From IMG/VR virus record IMGVR_UViG_3300027819_000006: DNA of 64,000 bases. One strand, written 5' to 3'. Each line of letters starts with the position of its first letter. The first letter of the stretch is position 1. The DNA comes from a virus (taxonomy: Duplodnaviria > Caudoviricetes). Shown here piece after piece: positions 9,766 through 18,777 of the stretch. The notes beneath the pieces were generated by a model. It made no database searches and was not told the DNA's origin. It saw only the letters and a program-made list of their open reading frames with translations. The translations under genes were made by a program, and so were the position numbers.

Positions 9766-9948
9766 TCATTTTCTCCCTGTATTATGTTGTTTCATAGCAC
9801 TCAAGCATTTCATGCAAGCAAACCAAGTAGGTTTATTAAAATAGATTAGATTGATGAAAAATAGATCATTAATTTCCATTTCTTCTTTACAGATTAGACA
9901 TATGAGCTTATGAACATTCTCTACTAAGTTCATATCTACTTTTTGCAA
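9766..9948 (-). CDS. small zinc-ribbon protein
   Basis: CLIC...CMKC. Confidence 0.55.
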   Translation of the reverse strand: MQKVDMNLVENVHKLICLICKEEMEINDLFFINLIYFNKPTWFACMKCLSAMKQHNTGRK

Positions 9949-10418
9949 TTACATCCAAAATTAGTTAGCTGATCAATAGAGCAAGAACATTTTTTGATAC
10001 TACTGCATCCTAAATCTTTACCAGTATTTGGAGCATTAAAATCGAATCTTAAAGTATTCCATTTATCTTCAAGTTTCCAATCTATTTTTTGAAAATATTG
10101 TTTCACGAAATTTTCATTTTTAATGATATTATTAGAAGATTTTTCATCTGTATCTCTCATATGTTTTAATATATCTAAATTGAGAACTGATTCTTTTTCA
10201 CTACAGATTTTAGCTGTAGTGTATGTAGAAGAAGTGTTATTCTGTGTAGCTCTAAATTTAATAGCTTCTTTTAATGTTTCTTTAGCTGTAATACAGCATA
10301 TAGCACACATTTTCATTTCTAAAAATGATTTAATGGCAAATACATCATCTGACTCTTTGTTGCAAATTTCACATTTCCAAGTCGATGTAGATTTAAATTC
10401 TTTTTCTTCAGACATCAA
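9936..10418 (-). CDS. zinc-ribbon protein with C-terminal CxC-x4-L-x3-GCxC motif
   Basis: CEIC...CAIC; CSCSIDQLTNFGCNC. Confidence 0.7.
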   Translation of the reverse strand: MMSEEKEFKSTSTWKCEICNKESDDVFAIKSFLEMKMCAICCITAKETLKEAIKFRATQNNTSSTYTTAKICSEKESVLNLDILKHMRDTDEKSSNNIIKNENFVKQYFQKIDWKLEDKWNTLRFDFNAPNTGKDLGCSSIKKCSCSIDQLTNFGCNCKK

Positions 10419-10495
10419 ATTCCTCCATAAAATATAAAATTTTTAGACACTGTTATTTAGTTCATTTTTAATAAACAGACTGTCAAATTTAAAAT

Positions 10496-10813
10496 TTATT
10501 TTCTTAATAGTGTGTTTTTATTGCACTGACAGCCAGAGTTCAGTAGTGTTTCTAAATTGCATTTGCAGCCAGTAGTATGATTGGCTAAACTGTCAATAGC
10601 ATTATGCATAGCTGTTTCGTAACAAGAGATGCAAAAGTATTTAGCTTCATGAGACAAGAATAGTTCAGATTCTTTGTTGCAGATAGAGCATTTTTGCTTT
10701 TCTTCAGGACAGAATGTATGCCCGACAGTTTTCATAGAGCTGCAATAAGGAATAATAGATGTGATTGTTGGGCTATATGTAACGCAGCCAGGGTTGTTGC
10801 AGATTATGTTCAT
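10496..10813 (-). CDS. zinc-ribbon protein with C-terminal CxC-x4-L-x3-GCxC motif
   Basis: CSIC...CISC; CKCNLETLLNSGCQC. Confidence 0.65.
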   Translation of the reverse strand: MNIICNNPGCVTYSPTITSIIPYCSSMKTVGHTFCPEEKQKCSICNKESELFLSHEAKYFCISCYETAMHNAIDSLANHTTGCKCNLETLLNSGCQCNKNTLLRK

Positions 10814-10821
10814 ATGTATTC

Positions 10822-11973
10822 CTAAAATGTTATCTGATTAGAGTTTTTGTTTTCTTCAATGTGAGCTTCAACTTTTTTGACTTCACGAAGAACTTGGTCT
10901 ACGGAAATGGATTGTCCACAGTTATATTCAAAAGGGCACATCCAATTGCGAGAATTAGCGTCAATATCTCCAGTACCAGGACGACGACAATAAATTTCGG
11001 GACAGCTGTATTGATTTGTAATGTGAAAGTGGGGCGTGCCGTGCCACTGTTGTGCCCACCCCCAAACATGAGGGCTTGTTGAGGTCCACAGAACAAGAGA
11101 TGGCTTCTTAATTGCTGCCGAGAGGTGGTGGAGATAATTATCTATTGACAATGTAAACGCACATTTTTTATTTTCCATTAGTTGCAATACAGGGTTTAAA
11201 TCTGTAACTTTTACACTTTTCATTCCAGGTATATCTACATTAAATTTATTAGCATACACCTGTACAAACTCATATTTATTCCCCAATTTAGCAACTATTT
11301 CTGCCCATCTAGCAATAGAAAATGTTTTAAAGAATCTATAGTTTATTGGGCTCATCATATCACCGTCATTTAAATCGACACCAAGATGGCATAATATATA
11401 CGGTCGAGATAATCCTTTAATAAAACTATCCAGTTCTTTATTATATTGAGTAACTTTTAGCATGGGTGTATTTCCCAAGTACTCAAGCGACGCTATCTTC
11501 CCATAATGATACGCAACAAATGACTCTTTCGATTTTTTTAGTCTATGCTGATGTAATAGCTTATCTAGAGAAAAGCAATAATCTATAGAATAGCATCTAT
11601 CCCAATTATTTCTAATTATATCGTGTAAATTTTTATTTTCTGTCTTATATAGATCTCTATAACTTTTTAGCCACACTGGATGTTCTACATTTCCATTTTC
11701 GTCTTTTAGTAATGATGGATGATGTGGCCAACTATTTGGATTATCATTTATAGTTATATGATGAATGTTTTGTGTCTTCATAGATTCTGAGCACATAGGC
11801 CCAACTATAGCATTGTCCACAATAATTATTGGAGCAGAATGATTATTATCTAATTTTCTTAATTTCTGTAATGTTGCAATAAATGCGCTAGAAATTATTC
11901 TTGCACCGATTCCCCCATTTAATATTAAGAGATAATAAGTAGTATTAAGATCCAATTGTATTGGTTGATTCAT
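10822..11973 (-). CDS. GT-B glycosyltransferase, GT9 (heptosyltransferase)-like
   Basis: GGIGARI, SIDNYLHHLSAAIKKPSLVLWTSTSPHVWGW, C-terminal Cys cluster. Confidence 0.7.
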   Translation of the reverse strand: MNQPIQLDLNTTYYLLILNGGIGARIISSAFIATLQKLRKLDNNHSAPIIIVDNAIVGPMCSESMKTQNIHHITINDNPNSWPHHPSLLKDENGNVEHPVWLKSYRDLYKTENKNLHDIIRNNWDRCYSIDYCFSLDKLLHQHRLKKSKESFVAYHYGKIASLEYLGNTPMLKVTQYNKELDSFIKGLSRPYILCHLGVDLNDGDMMSPINYRFFKTFSIARWAEIVAKLGNKYEFVQVYANKFNVDIPGMKSVKVTDLNPVLQLMENKKCAFTLSIDNYLHHLSAAIKKPSLVLWTSTSPHVWGWAQQWHGTPHFHITNQYSCPEIYCRRPGTGDIDANSRNWMCPFEYNCGQSISVDQVLREVKKVEAHIEENKNSNQITF

Positions 11974-11974
11974 T

Positions 11975-13267
11975 TTACATTATCCTCCAACTTAAATCTA
12001 TCTCATCATCCCATACTCTTATTAATTTATAATTTAATCTTTTGGCTAATTTATTTTTTTGTTTATCTATTTCTATTTTTTCTTTCTGTACAATATTAAT
12101 GGGACCATTTGGATATCTTTCTGGTTTACAATGATAATATGTTCCATCTACTTCTATTAAAATATTATATTTTGGCAAATAGAAATCAAATAACCTTGAT
12201 TTTTTATTTTCCTCATCATATATTCTATATTGATGAATATAGTCTATATTTAAATTTTTTAGGTACTCTTTTAATTGTAATTCACCTTTAGTGTCTTTAA
12301 ATTTTTTATATTTACCATCTATAATATTTTGACAGTGAGTTTTACTCATTTTAGCTTTTGATTCTTCAGAGTGTTTTTGACCCCATCGAGGATTTTTTTC
12401 TCCAATTAAAGTTTTTCTATATTCAGATTGTTTTTTCTTTGTCTCATCAGTAACTATTCTGCCTATTTTACACTTAGACATTTTTTCTAAAGATTCTTCT
12501 GAATATACATTTGTTCTACCATCATGCCATGTTTTACCACCATTTTTATAAAATGTTTTTCTGCTCTCTGATATTTTCTTTTTTGTTTCTTCTGAGTGTT
12601 TATTAGTACCATTTTTTATTTTTGTTTCTTGAGCTTTAATATATGATTCTTTATAGAAAATTTGTTTTTTAGTACAATCACTCAATACATTTCTAAGATT
12701 TTCTGCAATAAAAGTAGAAACATTATATTTTTTTGAATACTCTTCTTTAGTAATACCATGATCAGATAGTAAGTGTTTAGAGTTTATACTTATTTTTATA
12801 TATTTTGTGAAACCTTTATTTTCATTAAAACACTCTTTACATATTACATAGTCTATGTTTTCTTTACCATTTTGATATAAATTTAAAATAAATTTACACT
12901 TTTCATGATCAGTATTTTTGTATATTTTTTTGTTACACACATCGCATATTTTACAATATTCAAAAGATTCAACATTACATGCTTTGCAAATACCTTTCAA
13001 ATTACTTGGACCAAGTCTATTATTACAATTTTCATTTATGCAATATTTAACTCTATTTTTAGTTTGTTTTTTTCTACATTTTTTACAATAGCCACTAAAA
13101 TTGTTACTTTTCAATTTTTCTTTACAGTTTTCTTCTTTACAATACTTTGCGTTTTTAATATCTTTGTCGCTATCTTTCTTTTGACAATCTTTACAAATGC
13201 CATATTTATTCATATTGCCTAATTTCTTTCCACACCCTTCTCTGCTACAATATCTTGCTTCTGCCAT
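11975..13267 (-). CDS. homing-endonuclease-like protein: Cys repeats, NUMOD3 repeats, DUF559/Vsr-like nuclease
   Basis: HSEETKKKIS, HSEESKAKMS; FDFYLPKYNILIEVDGTYYH...IRVWDDEI. Confidence 0.85.
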   Translation of the reverse strand: MAEARYCSREGCGKKLGNMNKYGICKDCQKKDSDKDIKNAKYCKEENCKEKLKSNNFSGYCKKCRKKQTKNRVKYCINENCNNRLGPSNLKGICKACNVESFEYCKICDVCNKKIYKNTDHEKCKFILNLYQNGKENIDYVICKECFNENKGFTKYIKISINSKHLLSDHGITKEEYSKKYNVSTFIAENLRNVLSDCTKKQIFYKESYIKAQETKIKNGTNKHSEETKKKISESRKTFYKNGGKTWHDGRTNVYSEESLEKMSKCKIGRIVTDETKKKQSEYRKTLIGEKNPRWGQKHSEESKAKMSKTHCQNIIDGKYKKFKDTKGELQLKEYLKNLNIDYIHQYRIYDEENKKSRLFDFYLPKYNILIEVDGTYYHCKPERYPNGPINIVQKEKIEIDKQKNKLAKRLNYKLIRVWDDEIDLSWRIM

Positions 13268-13291
13268 CTCTTCAGACCTCCAAAAATAAAT

Positions 13292-13400
13292 ATAGGGTAA
13301 AAAGAGATGGTTTAAACAAGACTGCTCAAGTTTAACTTTTTACCCTATTTTTGTTATATCAATTTTATGAACGAGCACAAAAGTCTTATTTAATCCATCT
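13292..13400 (-). promoter_or_regulatory. structured HEG leader B (two interleaved inverted repeats)
   Basis: 13292-13304 pairs with 13336-13348 (13 bp perfect); 13305-13327 pairs with 13373-13400 (about 21 bp, interrupted). Confidence 0.65.
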
Positions 13401-13402
13401 AC

Positions 13403-13412
13403 TATAAATATA
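13403..13412 (-). promoter_or_regulatory. putative late promoter TATATTTATA
   Basis: recurring intergenic motif upstream of minus-strand genes. Confidence 0.5.
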
Positions 13413-13466
13413 CTATTACTTTGCTCAAAAAACATTTCAATGATCAAATCTAACCTATATAAAAAT

Positions 13467-15014
13467 TTATTTTGCTGTTGCTTCTTTCTTAACTTCTGTC
13501 TCTACCTTCTTCTTCTTAGCTTCCATAACAGCTTTTAACAAATTATTTTTACTCATCTTCTCTGGCTCTCTGATTCCCATATCATCTACTACGTCTTCTC
13601 TGTCTACATGCTGTTTTCTTTGACTGTAGTTTACCCAAGCTAATAATTCATCTTTAGTTAGAGCTTTCAGAACATTTTCTACATTTTCTATCTGTTCATA
13701 TTTCTTGAATTGCTCTACTTCTAGCAACCCGAGATGGTTAGTTTGAGTCCCGTCTTTAATAACATACTCATCCCCTCTGCTTGCAGATAGTCTCCAGTCA
13801 AATTCAGCATCTTTTATTCCATCTGAAGTTGTGCAAATCCAGAAACAATTACCGCATACTTTACAATCATCTTTAAACATAATTACTAATGGAGACCAAG
13901 ATTTCATGTTTGTAAGCTGTATATATATTCCATCATTTCTATTGACTAACTTGTCAAAATATTCTGGAAGACTGACCATTGCAATTCCATCACATAATTT
14001 AGCTTCACCCTCATAAAATATTCCATATTTCGGACCTTCTTCGAATCCATGAATTAAGTTCATTGCATTATATACATTTGGATTATCTTTTGAGCAACAA
14101 ACATGGGGTATAACGAAAGAACCAGCAAATTTGCCTAATGTGCCTCCTACACAAACATTACCTGTAGTACATATACAAGTTCCCTGAAATAAAACTGTAT
14201 ATATGCAAGTTACAGCACAAATAACTCCTGCTGAATTTAATCTACATGTAATTACAAAACCCCCTGAAGCATCAATGCTACTCCCAAAAGTAGCTGCACC
14301 GATTTGACAAGAAGTAGTTCCAATAACAAGAGTTCCAGTAGAACATAAAATAGGAGTAGATATTTGTGTTGCTCCACATAATTGTGGTGAGGTAACAGAA
14401 GTGATAGCACACAAAGTAGAGCCTAAAGTTGCAGCATTTGGTACACAAACAACTCCTCCAGCAGTTATGCAAATTTGTGCTGCATTATTCGTTCCAATCT
14501 GCAATCCCGTATTTGTCTGTGTTCCAATGAATCCAGATGTAGACCCGGCACGTATGTCTACAACAATGTTGTCAGATGTATCTTGAACACGAATCCAGGC
14601 AGGACCAGCCGATGAGGCATGCAAAACTGCAGAGCCGACAGGGCTTGTAGGGCCAAAGCCGAATGACCCAGAATTTGAAAACTGAACTATAGCAGCTGCA
14701 GGAGCAGCAGAGTTAGAGATGATTAGAGAACCTGGAGCTCCAGTGCCTGACCCTCGTATAGCCCATTGAGCATTAGTATTTTTAATGATAATAGTAGAAT
14801 CACCATTTGCACTCGTACTTTCAAATATCGCATTACTGTTGTTAGATGACTGTAGATCGAAACAATATCTATTAGCATGATCTACTCCAACGTTGATCAC
14901 GCAGGCAGATAAGCCAGAAATGCTAAATGTGCCTGCATTATCGAGGACATTTCTCGTCACCTCGTTATTGCGAAAACTCAAATGTGTCGCGAAACTCAAC
15001 TTATTAATCTCCAA
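13467..15014 (-). CDS. probable virion fibre/spike protein with Cys-rich repeat region and C-terminal chaperone-like domain
   Basis: G/S/T/A-rich beta-type N-half; FVIPH...LIHG..EGP...EGEAKL..G...LPEYF..LV...IQLT segment typical of phage fibre C-termini. Confidence 0.6.
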   Translation of the reverse strand: MEINKLSFATHLSFRNNEVTRNVLDNAGTFSISGLSACVINVGVDHANRYCFDLQSSNNSNAIFESTSANGDSTIIIKNTNAQWAIRGSGTGAPGSLIISNSAAPAAAIVQFSNSGSFGFGPTSPVGSAVLHASSAGPAWIRVQDTSDNIVVDIRAGSTSGFIGTQTNTGLQIGTNNAAQICITAGGVVCVPNAATLGSTLCAITSVTSPQLCGATQISTPILCSTGTLVIGTTSCQIGAATFGSSIDASGGFVITCRLNSAGVICAVTCIYTVLFQGTCICTTGNVCVGGTLGKFAGSFVIPHVCCSKDNPNVYNAMNLIHGFEEGPKYGIFYEGEAKLCDGIAMVSLPEYFDKLVNRNDGIYIQLTNMKSWSPLVIMFKDDCKVCGNCFWICTTSDGIKDAEFDWRLSASRGDEYVIKDGTQTNHLGLLEVEQFKKYEQIENVENVLKALTKDELLAWVNYSQRKQHVDREDVVDDMGIREPEKMSKNNLLKAVMEAKKKKVETEVKKEATAK

Positions 15015-15027
15015 TAATTTATATAAA

Positions 15028-16005
15028 TTAACATATTATTCTCCAAACTAAATCTACTTCATTGTCCCAAACTCTTACTAATTTGTAACCTTGCATTTTT
15101 GCAAGTTTATTTTTAAAATCATCATTATACAGTTTGGCATCTATGTTTGAAGGTTTTCTTTCTGATCCTCCATGCCAATATCTGCCGTCTACTTCTATCA
15201 ACATATTATACTTCGGAAGATAAAAGTCATAAAATCTATTTTTAAAATCTATACTTGTTAACTTATATTGTTTAATATATTCTATATTTAATTCATCAAA
15301 ATGTTTTGCTACTGCTAATTCACATTTCGTATCTTTACTATTATTTTTGCAATTTTTAAAGTTGTCTATTGGATTATATTCACCAGCAGCTATTTTCTTT
15401 CTTCTTGTTTCTGACCCTTTTATACCACCATTTTTCAAGCTTTCACATGTATCTTTAGTGAGCCCTTTACACCAACAAGACTTTCCTTTATTGGCATTAC
15501 TTATTTTATTTTTTGTTTCTTGTGTTATTATTCTACCTTTAAGGGATTTAGACAATTTTTGTCTAGTTTCTATAGAAGCTGGTAATCTATTTTTACCTGC
15601 ATCACTTAATTTTTTAGAAGTAATAGCTTTTTCTTCATCTGTTCTATTATTTAATCCATTTTTTATAGCCAATTTTGTTTCTTTTGTTGATATTCTACCA
15701 CTATTTGTATTAGATATCATTTCTCTTGTTTTAAGAGAATGTTTTCTACCATAAAACGGATTATTTTCTCCAGTAGTACCTAATGAAATTGCTTTCTTGT
15801 GTGATTCAGATAAAGGTTTACCAACTTTACTTTTGCTTATCTTTTGTTTTGTTTTTTCTGATTGACCATTTATTTGAGTAGCAGTAAATATTAAATTATA
15901 GTCATAAAATGTTATTCTCATTTCTGCTTGAGACGTTTGATGCGATTTTGCATGCGTACTAGTAATAGTTTTAAAATATTTACCACATATTGGACATTGA
16001 GTCAT
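15028..16005 (-). CDS. homing-endonuclease-like protein (C2H2-like, NUMOD3, DUF559/Vsr-like nuclease)
   Basis: CPICGKYF..ITSTH, HSLKTREMIS, YDFYLPKYNMLIEVDGRYWH. Confidence 0.85.
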   Translation of the reverse strand: MTQCPICGKYFKTITSTHAKSHQTSQAEMRITFYDYNLIFTATQINGQSEKTKQKISKSKVGKPLSESHKKAISLGTTGENNPFYGRKHSLKTREMISNTNSGRISTKETKLAIKNGLNNRTDEEKAITSKKLSDAGKNRLPASIETRQKLSKSLKGRIITQETKNKISNANKGKSCWCKGLTKDTCESLKNGGIKGSETRRKKIAAGEYNPIDNFKNCKNNSKDTKCELAVAKHFDELNIEYIKQYKLTSIDFKNRFYDFYLPKYNMLIEVDGRYWHGGSERKPSNIDAKLYNDDFKNKLAKMQGYKLVRVWDNEVDLVWRIIC

Positions 16006-16039
16006 CTACTTTCTCCTCTTGCTAAAAGATTTTATATAC

Positions 16040-16114
16040 TGGAGCTCCTATAGAGCAAGCTATAGAATTAACTGCTGGCCAAGGCAGAGACTCCATTTAT
16101 TTCATTCAATTCTA
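16040..16114 (-). promoter_or_regulatory. structured HEG leader C (weaker example)
   Basis: 16040-16047 with 16087-16095; 16063-16069 with 16108-16114; internal hairpins. Confidence 0.4.
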
Positions 16115-16124
16115 CTATAAATAT
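16115..16124 (-). promoter_or_regulatory. putative late promoter (ATATTTATAG)
   Basis: TATTTATA core immediately upstream of leader C. Confidence 0.45.
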
Positions 16125-16133
16125 TCACCAGAA

Positions 16134-16835
16134 CTAACTTTTGTCTAATATCTCTTTTAACTCTATATTACTATTTGGTGCTTGAGACTGCCCAAGATCT
16201 GTTACTTTGTAGATTCCATTCTTTTGCATAATATTACCAGAACCAATCCAATCATAAAATTTGATTTTATATTTGCTTAAGTGTTCTGCAGCACATATTA
16301 ATTGTAATACTTCTTTATATCCTAAATGGTTTTTTATCCAATCAATCTTTTCTTTTTCTAAATAATTGTCAGTAATATATCCAAGCAAATTATCTATATT
16401 ACATCTACCATCAAAAATCATTTTTAAATCTTTTTCTACTATATAATCATCTTCATTTTTTAATTTCAAATCCATAAACCAATCTGTAAAATACATATAA
16501 GAATTAACTTTATCTAACTTCTCTTGTTCTATGAACCAGATATCTTTAAATGCTGCATATTTCCACACTCTGAATACTTGTACAATATTAGGGTGTGGAT
16601 GCTGCATAACAATATTCATAGCATTTGCTTCAGTTTTATCAGCAGTAATTTTAAGAACCCGGTCATTTCCGATATAAATTACTACTCCATAAGAACCAGA
16701 GTCTATGAATCTTAGTAAATCATATCCATCAGATTCTAATCTATCTAATACTTGTAGCATTTTGCCTTCTGAATAGTTGAATAATTCTTTAGCAAAAAGC
16801 ATTACTTTGTCTTTTGTTTTAACAGAAGAATCCAT
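16134..16835 (-). CDS. protein-kinase-like fold protein, paralogue K1
   Basis: GSGSYG, VLK, TEA, DWIGSGN, TDLG. Confidence 0.85.
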   Translation of the reverse strand: MDSSVKTKDKVMLFAKELFNYSEGKMLQVLDRLESDGYDLLRFIDSGSYGVVIYIGNDRVLKITADKTEANAMNIVMQHPHPNIVQVFRVWKYAAFKDIWFIEQEKLDKVNSYMYFTDWFMDLKLKNEDDYIVEKDLKMIFDGRCNIDNLLGYITDNYLEKEKIDWIKNHLGYKEVLQLICAAEHLSKYKIKFYDWIGSGNIMQKNGIYKVTDLGQSQAPNSNIELKEILDKS

Positions 16836-16836
16836 T

Positions 16837-17169
16837 TTAATTTTTACCTATTGTAAGCAATATATCATCTATAGTAGTATTTTCATCTAATGTTGATTCT
16901 ATTTCTGTAGCAAATTGAAACTCGCTAGTAGTTCTATTAACAGATATTTCTGCTTTGTCTACCAAATAGCCCTCAACTGTCAAATTATATGTAGTCAAAA
17001 GAATTCTCGGACCATCAGAAAAATCTTGGAGATTATTTTCGTCTGTTGCACTGTCAAATATAGCATAGAAATAGAAACCACCATCTGTCATTATATTTCC
17101 AGGCTGATATTGCTTCCAGATACGCTGCGAGAACAGATTGTTGCTATATTTTATTAGATTTTTTTTCAT
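16837..17169 (-). pseudogene. orphan duplicate of the 3' third of the gp15-like gene
   Basis: about 73 of 102 aa identical (manual alignment) to C-terminus of 17963..18769. Confidence 0.85.
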
Positions 17170-17285
17170 GTTCTAATATTATATCATCAATGGTTATATT
17201 GCTATTTTTATAGAAATTCAATCTAAACTTCATCATTAAAGAATTACAATATATTTCTGCTGATAAACTTTTATTAATCAACTGT

Positions 17286-17828
17286 TCAAGATTTGGAGTA
17301 TATCCTTTTATTTCTTCTATCATCAGTATCTTTAGTGAGACCATCAATCCAAGTCTTTCCGCCATTTGCAAAAAATTTTTTACGTGATTCAGACATGTTG
17401 TGTCTAGCTTTGTCTGACATTTTTCTACCCTTTAAAGCTTTAGATATTTTTTCTCCAAAACTTTTAGGTCTTTTCGTTCCTTTTCTTTTTCTATTACATT
17501 CTATAAGTATAGCTTGAGTTCTGGGATGCATTTTTCTACCTTTTTTGCTTTTAGAAATTTTTGCTCTATGTTCCTTAGAAAGTTTTCTGCCCTTATTAGC
17601 TGCTGATATTTTCTTTTTGTGTTCTTCTGTAATTTTGCAACCTTTTCTAGTCATAGAATGAGCATGAAAAGAGCAGCGGACATTTTCTCCTATTGTCTGC
17701 ACATTACATCCTTCTTCTATACAATGATGAACTATTTTGTCTCTACATGGTTTGCAAACAGTTCCTCCAACATGAATAGTTTTAGCTTGCAATTTATTTA
17801 TTCCACATTCTGAACATAATTTACTCAT
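17286..17828 (-). pseudogene. truncated HEG (Cys N-terminus and NUMOD3 repeats, no nuclease domain seen)
   Basis: ITEEHKKKIS, LSKEHRAKIS, MSDKARHNMS; stops after GGKTWIDGLTKDTDDR. Confidence 0.65.
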
Positions 17829-17838
17829 TTATATCTCC

Positions 17839-17928
17839 ATAAAATAAAAAGCTGAATAGATCGGTCTGCAATGAATTATAATTCAGCAGCTATTCAGCTT
17901 CCTATTTTATGTATCATTGCCAACCGAT
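17839..17928 (-). promoter_or_regulatory. structured HEG leader D (two interleaved inverted repeats)
   Basis: 17849-17859 with 17890-17900 (11 bp) plus 17839-17846 with 17903-17910; 17860-17874 with 17914-17928 (13 of 15). Confidence 0.65.
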
Positions 17929-17930
17929 AT

Positions 17931-17940
17931 TATAAATATA
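17931..17940 (-). promoter_or_regulatory. putative late promoter TATATTTATA
   Basis: recurring motif. Confidence 0.5.
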
Positions 17941-17962
17941 AATGAACGAGATAAATATGTCA

Positions 17963-18769
17963 TTAATTTTTACCTAAAGATATTAAAATATCATCAATAG
18001 TTGTATTTTCGTCTAAAGTTGATTCCACTTCAGTAGAAAATTGAAATTCAGATGTAGTTCTATTGACTTCTATATCTGATTTGCTTATTAAATATCCTTC
18101 TATTGTTAAATTATAGATAGTCTTGTATGTTCTTGCACCCTCTGAAAAATCTTCTTCAGTATTATCTTCATTTGAACTGTCAAATATTGCATAAAAATAA
18201 AATCCCCCATCAGTTTTTATATTTCCTGGCTGATAATTGTTCCAAATTCGTTGATGAAATAAATTGCTACTGGAAACATAAGAACTCCAAAACGAGACAT
18301 AATATTGTATATTAATAAACATGGGATATGGCAATTTATATACTTCATAAACTGGCAAATTCTTCCTATATTGCCCAGCTGGCCCTACATTCCATTTATC
18401 TGAAAAGGGTACTCTTTGAGTGTCATCAAATTTACTTTGTGCTATTCTTTTATGAAATGTAATATAGGGTTTGCCATTTTCACTTCTAACATATCTAGTA
18501 GGATTTGGAGAAATATCTCCTCTTCTAATAGAAATGAGTGGTAATTTTAGCATACCCTTGTGATCTCGAAGTTCATTCAAATTTTTGTCATCAGATCCTT
18601 GTAATTGTACCCATCGCTCCCATGCACCAAATAGAACAGGGACTTTTCTGTCTCTAATTATTAGATTTGTTTTATTTTGAAGAAAAGAAAATACAGATCG
18701 ATCAATTGCTAATAAATCTACACCTTCTATTGGAATATTCATTACATATGGATCTTTAGGTTGAGCCAT
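17963..18769 (-). CDS. gp15: tail terminator / sheath stabiliser (T4 gp15-like)
   Basis: VPVLFG..ERW, LKLPLISIRR, LPYPMFINIQY; position after neck genes. Confidence 0.6.
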   Translation of the reverse strand: MAQPKDPYVMNIPIEGVDLLAIDRSVFSFLQNKTNLIIRDRKVPVLFGAWERWVQLQGSDDKNLNELRDHKGMLKLPLISIRRGDISPNPTRYVRSENGKPYITFHKRIAQSKFDDTQRVPFSDKWNVGPAGQYRKNLPVYEVYKLPYPMFINIQYYVSFWSSYVSSSNLFHQRIWNNYQPGNIKTDGGFYFYAIFDSSNEDNTEEDFSEGARTYKTIYNLTIEGYLISKSDIEVNRTTSEFQFSTEVESTLDENTTIDDILISLGKN

Positions 18770-18777
18770 TTTGATTT

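Noticed and set aside
17144-17371. 75-aa ORF overlapping the truncated HEG
   Set aside because: No RBS or motif; likely decayed HEG tail sequence
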